From: Macrostomum hystrix
Lineage: Eukaryota > Animalia > Platyhelminthes
Length of the DNA stretch: 64,000 nt
Direction of reading: 5' to 3'
Assembly (NCBI GenBank): GCA_950097015.1
Contig: CATNEN010000002.1
Coordinates: 3,100,001-3,164,000, forward strand
Shown: positions 1-13,100 of the stretch, piece after piece
Numbering within the stretch: the first letter of the stretch is position 1
Layout of the letters: each line of letters begins with the position of its first letter
The notes under the pieces: model-generated
The model's input: the letters and a program-made list of their open reading frames with translations, nothing else
Databases searched by the model: none
What the model was told of the DNA's origin: nothing
Position numbers and translations under genes: made by a program

Positions 1-319
1 GGGTCATGAGTAATGAGAAATGGCTCGGGTGGAGGTAGAGAAACGTAGCTTGTGGCCATGCCCCGCGTTGGCTGCGATGGCTTGCGATGCCACTGTAGGA
101 ACTGAGAAATGCGACTGTTTGTAGTCGATAGCCGAAATGTCACAAGAGCGATTTCAATGCGATTCAGTATATTTTATAACAGCCGAGTTGAGCTGGGGTG
201 GCGGCTAAAGCCGCACCCCGTACATCAGTTAACGTGCGTGCCAAGGGGGGTAGAAAGGTGGCAGAGAGAAAGACGCAGAACGCCGCCAACCCCACGCACG
301 CGTGACGGCTGGCGCCGCC

Positions 320-470
320 TACAATTCTCTCCCCACTCCATTCTCTCCCCACTCTCCATTTTCTCCCCACTCTTTCTTCTCTCCCCACTCCATTCTCTCC
401 CCACTCTCCATTTTCTCCCCACTCTCCATTTTCTCCCCACTCTCCATTTTCTCCCCACTCCATTCTCTCC
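320..470. repeat. C/T-rich minisatellite (~18-21 bp, CCATTTTCTCCCCACTCT-like)
   Basis: Visible tandem copies; ORFs across it are periodic peptides in several frames. Confidence 0.85.
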
Positions 471-1299
471 TCATTGCTCTTTTTCCAGATTGTGTGGACT
501 CTGGCAGCATTATTTTATTTTATTTCCATTTTCCCGTGAGGAAATCGAATTTAATTTTGTCCGTGTGCGTACTGTACTACATGTGCGAATTCTTTTAGCA
601 GTGTCATTTTCCAATTAGTTATACTCTTGAGCACACTCTGAGAGTACTAGGCACTGCCGTGTTTATTTTCTAACTTTTTAAACTTTTATTTTCTTGGTTC
701 CAGTGCGTTTTTTTACTTGAGCTGCCTCTTTGTTTCTGTAAAATTCTTCAGCGAGATAAACTTTACAAATTGCCGACGGATATGTTTGAGCTGGTACAGT
801 GCGTTGAGCAGTAGGCGCGTTTTTCTGCGGCCATTTCTTCCTGTCTGCGGACAGGAGAAAACCGATCCCATTGTGCCTACTTACATAGTAGTGGCATTAG
901 TATTTTGAAACCGACTGTTCGTATTTTTTCCATTGCGATTTTTATTTTACAAATCTAATCCCAATTTTAGTCCCAATTTTTCAGCAGTTTTTTCTAAATG
1001 CTAGCCGTCAACTAATTACAAATGTATCTTTGCTCAATTCAGAGTGTGTGCATGCGTGCCAGACCCAATGCTATTCCCATTTTGTCGAACTGTCCTAGCT
1101 GCCATTATTCGCCAGTTCGTATTTCCTTAGTCTTTTATTTTTCCAATTCAGCCTAATTCTAATTTACAGTATTTTTATTCACCTTACTACAAGTAGTAAA
1201 CGACTTGAAGTCAATCCTAATTTGCTTAAAACTTCTGGTTTGATTATGAAAACATTTCTGTGAAAAGTCTTACACAATAATTTCTTTCCTTTTATTCGG

Positions 1300-1560
1300 T
1301 TACCCGGATTGGACACCAACCCGTACCCTTCGCCCGAAAACTGACCCGGATTGGACACCAACCCGTACTCTTCGGCCGAAAACTGACCCGGATTGGACAC
1401 CAACCCGTACTCTTCGCCCGAAAACTGACCCGGACTGGACACCAACCCGTACTCTTCGCCCGAAAACTGACCCGGATTGGACACCAATCCGTACTCTTTG
1501 CACGGAAACTGACCCGGATTGGACACCAATCCGTACTCTTCGCCCGGAAACTGATCCGGA
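1300..1560. repeat. 42-bp minisatellite (CTGACCCGGATTGGACACCAACCCGTACTCTTCGCCCGAAAA), ~6 copies
   Basis: Unit starts at 1341 and 1383 (period 42); 14-aa periodic ORFs. Confidence 0.9.
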
Positions 1561-1842
1561 TAGACAGCCCAGAGCATTCAGTACTTTTCGGGTCAAACTT
1601 CCGGTAATCTGTGTTCTCCGATCCGGTGTTTCGTCCCGGAACGTTTTTAGCTGATCCGGCTACCAGTTTTGGAACGAAAAAAGTATGAACGGCCGGATCA
1701 CGAACGAAATCCGGAGTACATTGTAAACTTTCGTCACTTTTTCGAGCCAATTTACCGGATCACAATACATTACAGAATAGGAAAAATTTCCGGGTGAAGA
1801 CAAAAATTTCCGGGCCAAGTTTCCGGGCGAATTTTTTGACGG

Positions 1843-2055
1843 GAGGGCTGGTTCTACTAATCTACCATAGACTACTAGTCAGGGCTGGTTCTACTAATCT
1901 ACCATAGACTACTAGTCAGGGCTGGTTCTACTAATCTACCATAGACTACTAGTCAGGGCTGGTTCTACTAATCTACCATAGATCTATGGTAGAATCCTCA
2001 CTAGTAGTCTAGACTACTAGTCAGGGCTGGTTCTACTAATCTACCATAGACTACT
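1843..2055. repeat. 37-bp minisatellite (GGGCTGGTTCTACTAATCTACCATAGACTACTAGTCA) in POLD1 intron 7
   Basis: About 5 visible copies, one interrupted. Confidence 0.9.
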
Positions 2056-2122
2056 ATTCAGATTTAACATAGATTAACTAGATAAAGATGCACCGCGATC
2101 TTCATCAGCAATAGATCCTCAC

Positions 2123-5100
2123 CAACTGGGAGATGTCAACCCGATTGCAGAGCAGATCGCTGATAACAGATTTGGCATGCTGTACAGCTCCATCAGGATC
2201 TCGATCGATGAGTATCTTATGAAGGCAGGCATTGACAAGATTAGCAACTAGGGGACTGTTGTCTCGGCGAACTGTCTCGATGCCTTTGCAGTCCATCTTG
2301 TCGTGCTTGTCTGGCTTAGTAAAGTACAGACCAGCGTAGCTGAAGCAAGTTTAGAGAAATACTTTGGGACTTGTAATATGGGATTTATGTGGTAACACTT
2401 AAAAGAATGTGTTTGAATATGAGTCCTTTGAGAATGCCAGGAGTAAAAGTGTCATCAGTATGAGTGTCATGAGTACGATTGTGTCAGGAGTACGATTGTG
2501 TCAGGAGTACGATTGTGTCATGAGTATGATTGTGTCATGAGTACAATTGTGTCATGAGTACAATTGTGTCATGAGTACAATTGTGTCATGAGTACAATTG
2601 TGTCATGAGTACGATTGTGTCATGAGTATGATTGTGTCATGAGTACAATTGTGTCATGAGTACAATTGTGTCATGAGTACAATTGTGTCATGAGTACAAT
2701 TGTGTCATGAGTACAATTGTGTCATGAGTATGATTGTGTCATGAGTATGATTGTGTCATGAGTATGATTGTGTCATGAGTATGATTGTGTCATGATCAAG
2801 ATTGTCATGAGTACAATTGTGTCATGAGTACAATTGTGTCATGAGTACGATTGTGTCATGAGTATGATTGTGTCATGAGTACAATTGTGTCATGAGTATG
2901 ATTGTGTCATGAGTACAATTGTGTCATGAGTACAATTGTGTCATGAGTACAATTGTGTCATGAGTACAATTGTGTCATGAGTACAATTGTGTCATGAGTA
3001 CAATTGTGTCATGAGTACAATTGTGTCATGAGTATGATTGTGTCATGAGTACGATTGTGTCATGAGTATGATTGTGTCATGAGTATGATTGTGTCACGAG
3101 TATGAGTAATATGAGCACAAAATTCATAAGAACAGAAATGAATTCAGGCCCCAATAAAATGCTCACCGCTTCTTATTAATGAGCAGGTAGGGGCAGTAGA
3201 CCTTCTCAAACTCCAGTTTAATTGGTGGCGGAAATTTAGCGCTAATATATTCGGCCGCCTCTCTGCCCAGTTTCATAGCGTCGGCCACCGTGGCAACACT
3301 GAAGCGACACATCACAGAGTCCGTGTCGCCGTAGATCACCTTGGCGTCGTGAGCGTAACCATTGGCAACGGTGTAGCGCTCCTCAACGTAGCGCTTAGTT
3401 TCCATGATCATGACTCGGCCGAAGGCTGTGACACTGGATGAAATGTCCAGGCAGGGCAATTTGCCAACCTGGGCGCCGGTGAAGCCGTAGACTGAGTTGG
3501 CGCTGATTTTCAACGCCAGCTGGCGACCATCAAGCACCTAGCAGCAGGTTAATGTTTTTTAGCCTTATCTATTAGGAAAATAAACTGCACAGAACTTGTA
3601 CTTGCTGAGGGAATTAGGGTGCTAAGGGAGAATAATATTATTCTCTGTTAGGAAATAAACTACGCAAAACTGTATTTGCTACTTATAGTAGAATTAGGGT
3701 GCTGTGGGAGCTTGTAGATCGGGAGTTAGATTCTTATCTCTATAAGGAATTTGTATCCTTAAGTAAGACACCCACTTCCTACTTCACTAGTGCTTCAGTT
3801 CACCCAGTTGTAAAATGGATGCCAGCATCAGTTGGGTTAGACCAGGGGTCGGCAAACTTATTAGCTAGCGGGCCAAAGAGAGAACCTAATAGATCACAGT
3901 GACTGTATTGACTGTAGAAATTTGAGACAGGGGAGAGACGAGACAGGGGAGAAATGAAGCAGGCGAGAGATGAAACAGGGGAAAGATAAGACATGGGAGA
4001 GACGAGACAATGGAGAGATGGGACAGGGGACAGATAAGCCAGGGGAGAGATGAGACAGGGGAGAGATAAGACAAAGGAGAGATGAGACAGGGGAGAGATA
4101 AGACAGGGGAGAGATGAGACAGGGGAGAGATGAGACAGGGGAGAGATGAGACAGGGGAGAGATGAGACAGGGGAGAGACAAGACAATGGAGAGATAAGAA
4201 ACGGAGAGATAAGACAGGATACTATTGGTGTCGGAAGGGGGCAACGGGTTGGATTTGGGAGCTTCGAGTGCCGCATCTGGCCGGCGGGCCGGAGTTTGCC
4301 GACCCTTGGGTTAGACATTATGGTGGGTGTGGCGGCAGAAAAAATAGAATAACTTTCTATCATTTCTACTAGCAGTAGGCAACTCAGGAAAACAATACAA
4401 AGCAATTAAAAACCGGCCACTCACTCGCTTCTTAAACTCGTCCGTCTCATTCTTTAGATCGTCTTTCGCTCTCTTCCTAGCGTTGAGCAGTTGCTCAAGA
4501 ATCTCTGGCAGTAGGCCTTTCCTAACGTCGCGTTTAACAAAGTATGAGCCGCATGGTGTCTTGATGTACTCATCCGGCTGGAGATTGTACCTGGCGATGG
4601 AGGCCTGGTCTAGCAGGGTTGTGTAGCAAAGATTATGCGCCATCATGATCGACGGATACAGGGAAGAGAAATCCAGAGTGGCTATGGGGGTGGTGTAGTA
4701 GCCTTTGACAGGCTCAATCACAGTAGCGCCTGTGTACTCATCGCCCTGCTCAACCTTCTGGGTGGGCAGAAGCAGATCCTGCTCCTTGGCTTTGCGCAGC
4801 AGCTGGGAGATCACTTTCACCTGGGAATAGTGTGTAGGATACGATATATGAGATGCTTAACACAGGTGCAGTGTAGTGTATTGAAGACACTTTGACAAGA
4901 AAGTACGCTTATAAATAGAATATAGAAATGCTCATCTCAACATAGAAATGGTTTATATCAACATAGAAATGGTTTATATCAATACAGAAATGGCACATCT
5001 TAATACAGAAATGGCGAATTTCAAAATAGAAATGGCACATCTCAATATAGAAATGGCACATCTCAATATAGAAATGGCACATCTTAGAATAGAAATGGCA

Positions 5101-8100
5101 CATCTCAATATAGAAATGGCACATCTCAATATAGAAATGGCACATCTCATTATAAAAATGGCAAATCTAAAAATAGAAATGGCAAATCTAAAAATTGAAA
5201 CGAAAAAATGAATAAATTGAAATTTATTCTATGTAGAAATGGCTTATATCAATACAGAAATGGCACATCTTAGTATGGAAATGGCACATCTCAAAATATA
5301 AATGGCACATCTTAATATAGAAATGGTACATCTTAATATAGAAATGACACATCTTAATATAGAAATGGTACATCTTAATATAGAAATGGCACATCTTAAT
5401 ATAGAAATGGCACATCAAAAAACTGAAATGGCACATGTGAATATAGAAATGGCACATTTCAATATAGAAATGCCATATCACAAAACAGAAATGGCACATC
5501 TCAATATAGAAATGGCACACCCCAGAAAAGGAACCACAAGCACATACCTGCTGGCCCCTAGACAGCAGAAAGGTGAGCGGCACGCCAGTAACTCTGGCCA
5601 TCTCCATATAGTTCACAAGGCACATGAGCTTGTCCATGAGACGCAATGGTAGGTAGGCATCTTTCAGACAGTAGACAGCCAGCCTTCGCCTAGTTTGCTC
5701 GTTGCCATTCTGCAAGTCGGTGATGATAGAGTGCTGCACATCCTCTTTTTGTTCGTGCAGGAAATGATAAGAAACCGCATTGAGCGAGTAGCTGCGCAGT
5801 TTGTAGTCTCTGAATAGGATCTGCAGCAAGTCCAGCTGTACCCGGCCCTCCATATTAACCCACTTGTTCTCTCGGCGGCCCATCTGTTTAGACTGAATCT
5901 GAGCCTCCCGAATGCTGGACTTGGCGCCGGCGATGCGGCCCAGGAATGGAAACTGCTGCACTTTTAGTGTTGCCGCCCGCTTCAGCAGGTAGGGCATATC
6001 AAAGTTCTGGATGTTGTAGCCGGTGATCACGTCTGGATCTACGTCGCGAACGAATGCCGACCAGGCTGCTAGAAGCTCCTGTTCTGTCTTGAAGGACAGC
6101 ACCTGGAGGGCAGAGAGGAGGTTGTTGGGATCTGGTAGATTAGTAATGGGATCTGGTAGATTATTGTTGGGATCTGGTAGATTATTGATGGGATCTGCTA
6201 GAATTTTGATGGGATCTGGTAGATTAGTAATGGGATCTGGTAGATAATTGATAGGATCTGGTAGATTGGTGATGGGATCTGGTAGATAAGTGATGGGATC
6301 TGGTAGATTATTGTTGGGATCTGGTAGATTATTGAGGGGATCTGGTAGATTAGTAATGGGATCTGGTAGATTATTGTTGGGATCTGGTAGATTATTGATG
6401 GGATCTGGTAGATTGGCGATAGGATCTGGTAGATATGTGATGGGATCTGGTAGATAAGTGATGGGATCTGGAAGATAAGTGATGGGATCTGGTAGATAAG
6501 TGATGGGATCTGACAGATGGGATGGGATTTCTAGAATGGATTTTAGAGTTGGTGATGGGTTCCAGAGAGTTAAATTTGCGATCTAAATGTATCTCTTACC
6601 TGAGATCCGACAATGGAGGCGCAGGTGCCCAGAGTGAAGACATTCCTAATAAACGGATCAGCTTCGCCATGTCGCACAACCATGTTGGCAATCTGAATCA
6701 CCGGGTCGCGCTCCGGCTCTGGGAAGACTCCGCGCCTGCCGGCGCACTCGATGTCGAAGCTCAGAATGCGCAGCGGCGCCACCTTACTCCAGATGCCCTC
6801 GGCCGGGTGGGCGACAACGTCGGACCAGACCGCAACATCGGCTTCCAGCTGGCAGCGAGACTGCGGAGCCAGACGATTTTCTTTCTCGCGCAGAGTGTAC
6901 TTGCCGGCCGGCAGTTCTACCTGAAAAAGATGGAAATTGTTTGACGATATTAATCACGTTATGTGCTACTGAATTCAGCATTATAAGTAGAATGTTGCGG
7001 AAAACTCGGTTATAATATAAAGGACAATGCAAAAACTTGATGGTAAAAGAAGAGGGATAAGAAGAAATAGAAACGGAGCCTGAAGGAAAAGACAGTGAGC
7101 CTAAAGGAATGGCCGGTGAGCCTGAAGGAAAAGCCGCTTACCCAGCAGCAGCCAACCAGTCCAGTATCAGCCATGAAGCGGATCTCAAAGTCAATATTAG
7201 CTTCAAACAGGCTGAAGTGATGGGAGCCGCGGCCTGACTGCCAGCTGAAGCCCTGCTCAAGCAGCCGCTTTGCCGGGGCCATCAGGCGCTGAAGAGCAAC
7301 GGTGATGCGAATGAAGGCCTGTTTGCGATTTCTATGAAATCCGTAGATACTCTCTTTGTCAACTAGTCGAACAGCTACAACAGCTTCAACGATGCCTTCC
7401 CGATTTCCGCGCAGATCTTTGAGCACAGCCTGGTTGAGTGCCTGACGAAACGGATGACAGTCGGCTGGACTGAAGCCCTCCGGCGCAGGGACAAAAAAGT
7501 ACGGATAGAATCCGTGCACATGTACTAATACGGAGTGCCCGGTCTCTGTTATGCCGTACATGCGAACTACGGGACTGGCGCCTGAGCTGCTGCTGCTGTT
7601 GCTGCTGGCTGGCAGGGTGTAGCAGTCCAAATCCATCTGCTGGAATATCAGCGGTTGAGTAGCAGGATCGTGAGCATTGGCCAAAGCTGATCGGCGCCAT
7701 TTTTTAGCGTCTGCTCCGGCTGCGGCCGCGGCTGCAGACGCAGCGTCGGCGTCGATGACGGCAGCATCCGCGGCGTCGGCTTCAGCTGCGTCGGCCTCCT
7801 CTTCGAACATGGCCAGCTCCTGGGGATGATGATTAGGGCGCATTTTATGAGGGCACATTATTATTATTGTTACCGATTCCAGGCCACAAGCACGGTTTAT
7901 GACCAATTCCAGACAACGAGCATGGTCTATGACCAATTCTAGTCAGCAAGCATGGTCTATGACCAATTCTAGTCAGCAAGCATGGTCTATGACCAATTCT
8001 AGTCAGCAAGCATGGTCTATGACCGATTCTAATCAGCAAGGATGGTCTATGACCGATTCTAATCAGCAAGGATGGTCTATGACCGATTCTAATCAGCAAG

Positions 8101-8487
8101 GATGGTCTATGACCGATTCTAATCAGCAAGGATGGTCTATGACCGATTCTAATCAGCAAGGATGGTCTATGACCGATTCTAATCAGCAAGGATGGTCTAT
8201 GACCGATTCTAATCAGCAAGCATGGTCTATGACCGATTCTAGTCAGCAAGCATGGTGACCAATGACCTATAACCATTGATCGATTGAGCAAAGCTCACCT
8301 GCTCAAACGTGGACCTGCCGTAATCTCCGTCGCTACCACCACCGTCGTCATCATCGTCATTGAATCGGCGCCGCTTAGCAGCCGCGGCAGCGCCAGCCGA
8401 GGAAGACCCGGAGGCGGCGTGCTTTGATGCGGACGACCCACCACGACCGCCGCCGCCACTTCCGGTTGGAAAACGACGACCGGACAT
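2123..8487 (-). CDS. POLD1: DNA polymerase delta catalytic subunit, 3' incomplete
   Basis: Exons 8487-8299, 7819-7142, 6920-6600, 6102-5548, 4820-4425, 3537-3167, 2339-2123; all junctions GT-AG and phase-compatible. Motifs: ExoI SFDIEC, Exo[10 protein letters not shown], ExoIII YCLKD, Pol A DFSSLYPS, Pol [15 protein letters not shown], Pol C YGDTDS, and [10 protein letters not shown]. The next expected exon (VITKEL...) and the Cys-rich C-terminus were not found in 1-2120, so they presumably lie outside the window. Confidence 0.97.
2455..3110. repeat. 17-bp minisatellite (TGTCATGAGTACAATTG) in POLD1 intron 6
   Basis: About 38 copies by length; unit contains palindromes TCATGA, GTAC, CAATTG. 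Confidence 0.95.
3750..3834 (+). mobile_element. degenerate CORE-SINE fragment
   Basis: TTGTATCCTTAAGTAAGACAC...TGCTTCAGTTCACCCAGTTGTAAAATGG matches the fuller copy at 59079-59140. Confidence 0.65.
3843..4308. mobile_element. non-autonomous hAT-type MITE
   Basis: TIRs CAGGGGTCGGCAAAC (3843) and GTTTGCCGACCCTTG (ends 4308); perfect 8-bp TSD GGTTAGAC at 3835-3842 and 4309-4316. An 8-bp TSD with CAG termini is the established hAT signature. Confidence 0.9.
3915..4215. repeat. purine-rich ~16-bp minisatellite (GAGATGAGACAGGGGA) inside the hAT MITE
   Basis: Visible tandem copies between the two TIRs. Confidence 0.85.
4920..5520. repeat. 21-bp minisatellite (ATAGAAATGGCACATCTCAAT) in POLD1 intron 4
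   Basis: Two blocks of copies; 7-aa periodic ORFs (MAHLNIE / MCHFYIE). Confidence 0.95.
6120..6520. repeat. 21-bp minisatellite (GATGGGATCTGGTAGATTATT-like) in POLD1 intron 3
   Basis: Visible tandem copies ending ~17 nt from the splice acceptor. Confidence 0.95.
7895..8260. repeat. 30-bp minisatellite (CATGGTCTATGACCGATTCTAATCAGCAAG) in POLD1 intron 1
   Basis: About 12 copies; 10-aa periodic ORFs on both strands. Confidence 0.95.
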
Positions 8488-8639
8488 GACAAATGATTTT
8501 AGCAAATGGTTTGTCTGGCGCAAATATTACACAGCTGAGGGATGACACAGAAGAGATGATAGAGCTGAAAATAATGGTATTTCATACTGTCTTACCAGAC
8601 AGAGCAAGAAAATAACTATTGTACCCGATAAATATGAGG

Positions 8640-9835
8640 GTCTGAACATCAAATCCTACTGAGATGGGATTCTGACCATTAAGTCCCACTGGGATGGGAT
8701 TCTGACCATCAAGTCCCACTGGGATGGGATTCTGACCATCAAGTGCCACTGAGATGGGATTCTGACCATCAAGTCCCACTGGGATGGGATTCTGACCATC
8801 AAATCTTACTGAGATGGGATTCTGACCATCAAATCCTACTGAGATGGGATTCTGATCATCAAATCCTACTGAGATGGGATTCTGACCATCAAATCCTACT
8901 GAGATGGGATTCTGACCATCAAATCCTACCGAGATGGGATTCTGACCATCAAATCTTACTGAGATGGGATTCTGACCATCAAATCTTACTGAGATGGGAT
9001 TCTGACCATCAAGTCCCACTGGGATGGGATTCTGACCATCAAATCTTACTGAGATGGGATTCTGACCATCAAATCTTACTGAGATGGGATTCTGACCATC
9101 AAATCCTACTGAGATGGGATTCTGATCATCAAGTCCTAATGAGATTGGATTCTGACCATCAAATCCTACTGAGATGGGATTCTGATCATCAAGTCCTACT
9201 GAGATGGGATTCTGACCATCAAATCCTACCGAGATGGGATTCTGACCATCAAATCCTACTGAGATGGGATTCTGACCATCAAGTCCTACTGAGATGGGAT
9301 TCTGACCATCAAATCCTACCGAGATGGGATTCTGACCATCAAATCTTACCGAGATGGGATTCTGACCATCAAATCCTACCGAGATGGGATTCTGACCATC
9401 AAGTCCTACTGAGATGGGATTCTGACCATCAAATCCCACTGGGATGGGATTCTGATCATCAAATCTTACTGAGATGGGATTCTGACCATCAAGTCCTACT
9501 GAGATGGGATTCTGACCATCAAATCTTACTGAGATGGGATTCTGACCATCAAGTCCTACTGAGATGGGATTCTGACCATCAAATCCTACCGAGATGGGAT
9601 TCTGACCATCAAGTCCTACTGAGATGGGATTCTGACCATCAAGTCCTACTGAGATGGGATTCTGACCATCAAGTCCTACCGAGATGGGATTCTGACCATC
9701 AAATCTTACTGAGATGGGATTCTGACCATCAAGTCCTACTGAGATGGGATTCTGACCATCAAATCCTACCGAGATGGGATTCTGACCATCAAATCTCACT
9801 GGGATGGGATTCTGACCATCAAATCTTACTGAGAG
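8640..9835. repeat. 30-bp minisatellite (GAGATGGGATTCTGACCATCAAATCCTACT) between THOC5 and POLD1, probably in a 5'UTR intron of POLD1
   Basis: About 40 copies; minus-strand donor-like TTG|GTTAGT at 9851 and acceptor-like ATTTTCAG at 8565 bracket it. Confidence 0.9.
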
Positions 9836-10168
9836 GGGGTATTAGACTAACCAATAAACTGTAAAAACCTTGATCATTGAAAGATAAAAACAAAAAGTTA
9901 ACACTTGGCAACTAGACTTGTCAAAATAATAAAACTGACACTTGTCACACGTTATATTTAGCATTGTTTGAACTTCAATAGTTGGAACTAGGTAATTGCC
10001 AAATGCATGCTACTGATGCGATAGTGCTGACAGGTACTGCAGGGGTAATTGGGATAATAGGGATTTTAGTTTGAATTTAGTAACAGAGTGAACTAATGGG
10101 AGCACAAATAAAACACTCAATGTATTTCCCTATCCAACAGACTTCAAATTGGGACTTGAAACTGTACA

Positions 10169-13100
10169 TCACTGACGATGTACAAAACCGTCGCCATTTG
10201 TCGAGTAACGAAATGGCCTCACACGGCTTGGCAGGCCGCGAGTTGTGGCCGACGACGCCGCAGGCCGACGATAACTGCCGGCATGCCCGACGGCTTCAGT
10301 GTTGAAGTACACCTCCAGAGCCAGCAGCAGGCGGTAGAACTGAAGGGGCAGGACATCGGATCTGGTGGCAGCAGTCGGCAGCAGATCAGTAGGATACACA
10401 TTGATCTCCGTCTCAATCTCGTGCAGATCCAGATCCTGGGCGCACGTTGTCATGGCAACGGACCCAGCCGGGTCGGCCTCTTCAACGCCGACGCCGAAGA
10501 CTGGCAGACGATCGGGATAGTCAACGGGAATGCAAACAGCAACCGCGGCAACGGCCTTCTGATCACCGCTGGCCCAACGAATTCCAACAGTGAAGAAAAG
10601 GTCGACAGGCGATATCAGCTGACTGAGCCTGGCTGTGAATGCCAGCTCGCAGAAGGCGTCATAGGTAACGCGTTGCCAGGGCCGGCAAATCGAACAATTC
10701 GCCACGGGCGGCAGGCCGGGCGTTGCCTTGACAACAAAATTGACGCCAGCATTGGCCAGATTGTCTAGCCGATTCAGCAGCTGCAGGCGAGACTCGGCGC
10801 GTCCGCGCAGGCGTCGGACACAATCGGCGACTCCGCGAAATGCCAGCTCAGAGTCCAGAACAATGTCCGGCGAGGCAGCTGAAGGTCGTTTGAAGTTTCA
10901 AGAATTTTTTTTTGAAAAGAAACATAAAAATATTACAATGCAGTTCATACTACTATTAAGTAAGCGGCAGTGTTAACTAATACAAAAAAGGTTAACAATT
11001 GAATAGTTACGAGAGAAGGTCGGATAGCAGTTTAGAAACCGAATTATGATATAATGAGTTGAGGCTGCTGCTGCTGCTTCTGCTTATCTGAAACTGACAG
11101 ATGATTAGCTAGAAAAATATGATGGCACTCTAATGCGAGAAACTGGATGCGAGGAATTTCTGCAAGATAATAATATACTGGGCATCTTTACTGGATATTC
11201 GCTAGCCTTGATTGTGTGATAATTCCAATTATATGGGATCGCAAGAAACAGCAACCAATGAAAGTAGAGAAGAAATCTTCAATAAATTGAAGTTGTATTA
11301 ACAACGGACAAGCTTTGAAAGACTTTAAGGAAACAGCTCTGAAGAATCCGTTAGAAGGGCCTGAAGAATCAGTTAGTAGGGCCTGAAGAATCAGTTAGTA
11401 GGGCCTGAAGAATCAGTTAGTAGGACCTGAAGAATCAATCAGTAGGGCCTGAAGAATCAATTAGTAGCGCCTGAAGAATCAATTAGTAGGGCCTGAAGAA
11501 TCAGTTAGTAGGACCTGAAGAATCAGTTAGTAGGGCCTGAAGAATCAGTTAGTAGGACCTGAAGAATCAGTTAGTAGGACCTGAAGAATCAGTTAGTAGG
11601 GCCTGAAGAATCAGTTAGTAGGACCTGAAGAATCAGTTAGTAGGGCCTGAAGAATCAGTTAGTAGGGCCTGAAGAATCAGTTAGTAGGACCTGAAGAATC
11701 AGTTAGTAGGGCCTGAAGAATCAGTTAGTAGGACCTGAAGAATCAGTTAGTAGGGCCTGAAGAATCAGTTAGTAGGACCTGAAGAATCAGTTAGTAGGAC
11801 CTGAAGAATCAGTTAGTAGGGCCTGAAGAATCAGTTAGTAGGGCCTGAAGAATCAGTTAGTAGGACCTGAAGAATCAGTTAGTAGGGCCTGAAGAATCAG
11901 TTAGTAGGACCTGAAGAATCAGTTAGTAGGGCCTGAAGAATCAGTTAGTAGGACCTGAAGAATCAGTTAGTAGGGCCTGATGAACCAATTAGTAGGGCCT
12001 GAAGAATAAACTAGTAGGGCCTGAAGAATGAACTAGTAGGGCCTGAAGAATAAACTAGAAGGACCTGAAGAATAGCTGCGCCCACCTTTGTTGCCAAGAT
12101 CCACGCTGCGGCAGACGATGCCGGCAAGGCGCTGGGCCCAGGTGTAGGCCAGTCCGACGTCCCGACGTCGAAGCCACAGAAAGTCGCTAGCGGCGCCTGG
12201 CAGGGCGTGTCTGACAGCGTAGCCCGGAGCAGTTCGACCATCGTCGCCCGGATACAAGCAGTCTAATAGTAGAGGCGAATTGCCGCCAATCTTCGCCGTA
12301 TCGACGTCCACAATGTCGACAGGCGGCTGCTGCTGCTGTTGCTGGGGCTCAATAGAAACGTTGCGCACTGTCACAAGCCGACAGCTGGGCAGGTAGTGAA
12401 AAGACAGCAGCAATCGACGCCCTGAAGCATTCGGGACAGACAAGCTCAGCCGCACACTCAGCGGATGCGGGGTGAGCAATTGGCGAATGACCTCCTCGCC
12501 GCTCTCATTCCCAGCCTCGTCGTCGTCATCGTCATCGTTGGCCGTAGCCGCAGCAGATTTGCCGCTCTTAGCCTTGCTCTTCTTTTTAGACTTCTTCTTG
12601 TTCTTCTTCTTTTTCTTCGAGCTCAAATCTTCTTCATCGTCGTCGTCGTCCTCTTCGTCGCCGTTGGCATCGGCGTGACGACCGTCTTCAGCCTCGGCGA
12701 CATCCTGGCCAGCCTTGGCGGAGGAGCCTTTGCTGACGGCCGACTTCAATCGGTCCAACTCGGCTTGGCGAACAGATGCGGCCTCGTTACGATCGCCGAT
12801 GATTTCAACCTGTAGTTTTAATTGCGGAAAACTATTTTTTCACTACATATCGCCCCTACAAATGTGTGACAAACTTGATATCATTTGGTTGAATCGTATC
12901 AGGTTTTTGATTTAAACAATTAAATAAAATTCAACTAATTCTGCGGAAGTTGAACGAAAGAGAGGAAAATATTTCAATGCAAAATGATAACTATAAATTC
13001 TGATTTTTTCTATACATATCGGCTCATTTGACTCACAAGCATAGCTGTCAGCTGGTTAGCCAGCTCTTCAGCGTTGTCAAGGCAGCCGCTATCAGCGTAA

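Noticed and set aside
2123-8487. PolB of a Polinton or virus, or a truncated POLD1 pseudogene
   Set aside because: Spliced, with Pol delta-specific sequence and intact catalytic motifs. Missing 3' exons are simply explained by the window edge.
8582-9864. 405-aa and 373-aa ORFs (also periodic ORFs at 1179-1750, 3800-4405, 4909-5652, 7845-8291, 13510-14044, 60972-61791)
   Set aside because: Open on both strands only because the repeat unit is a multiple of 3 or lacks stops in some frames; they lie in introns or UTRs of real genes.
11044-11088. Poly-Q micro-exon after an acceptor-like GTTTCAG in THOC5 intron 3
   Set aside because: Reaches TAA with no good donor, and the four-exon model already gives a complete THOC5.
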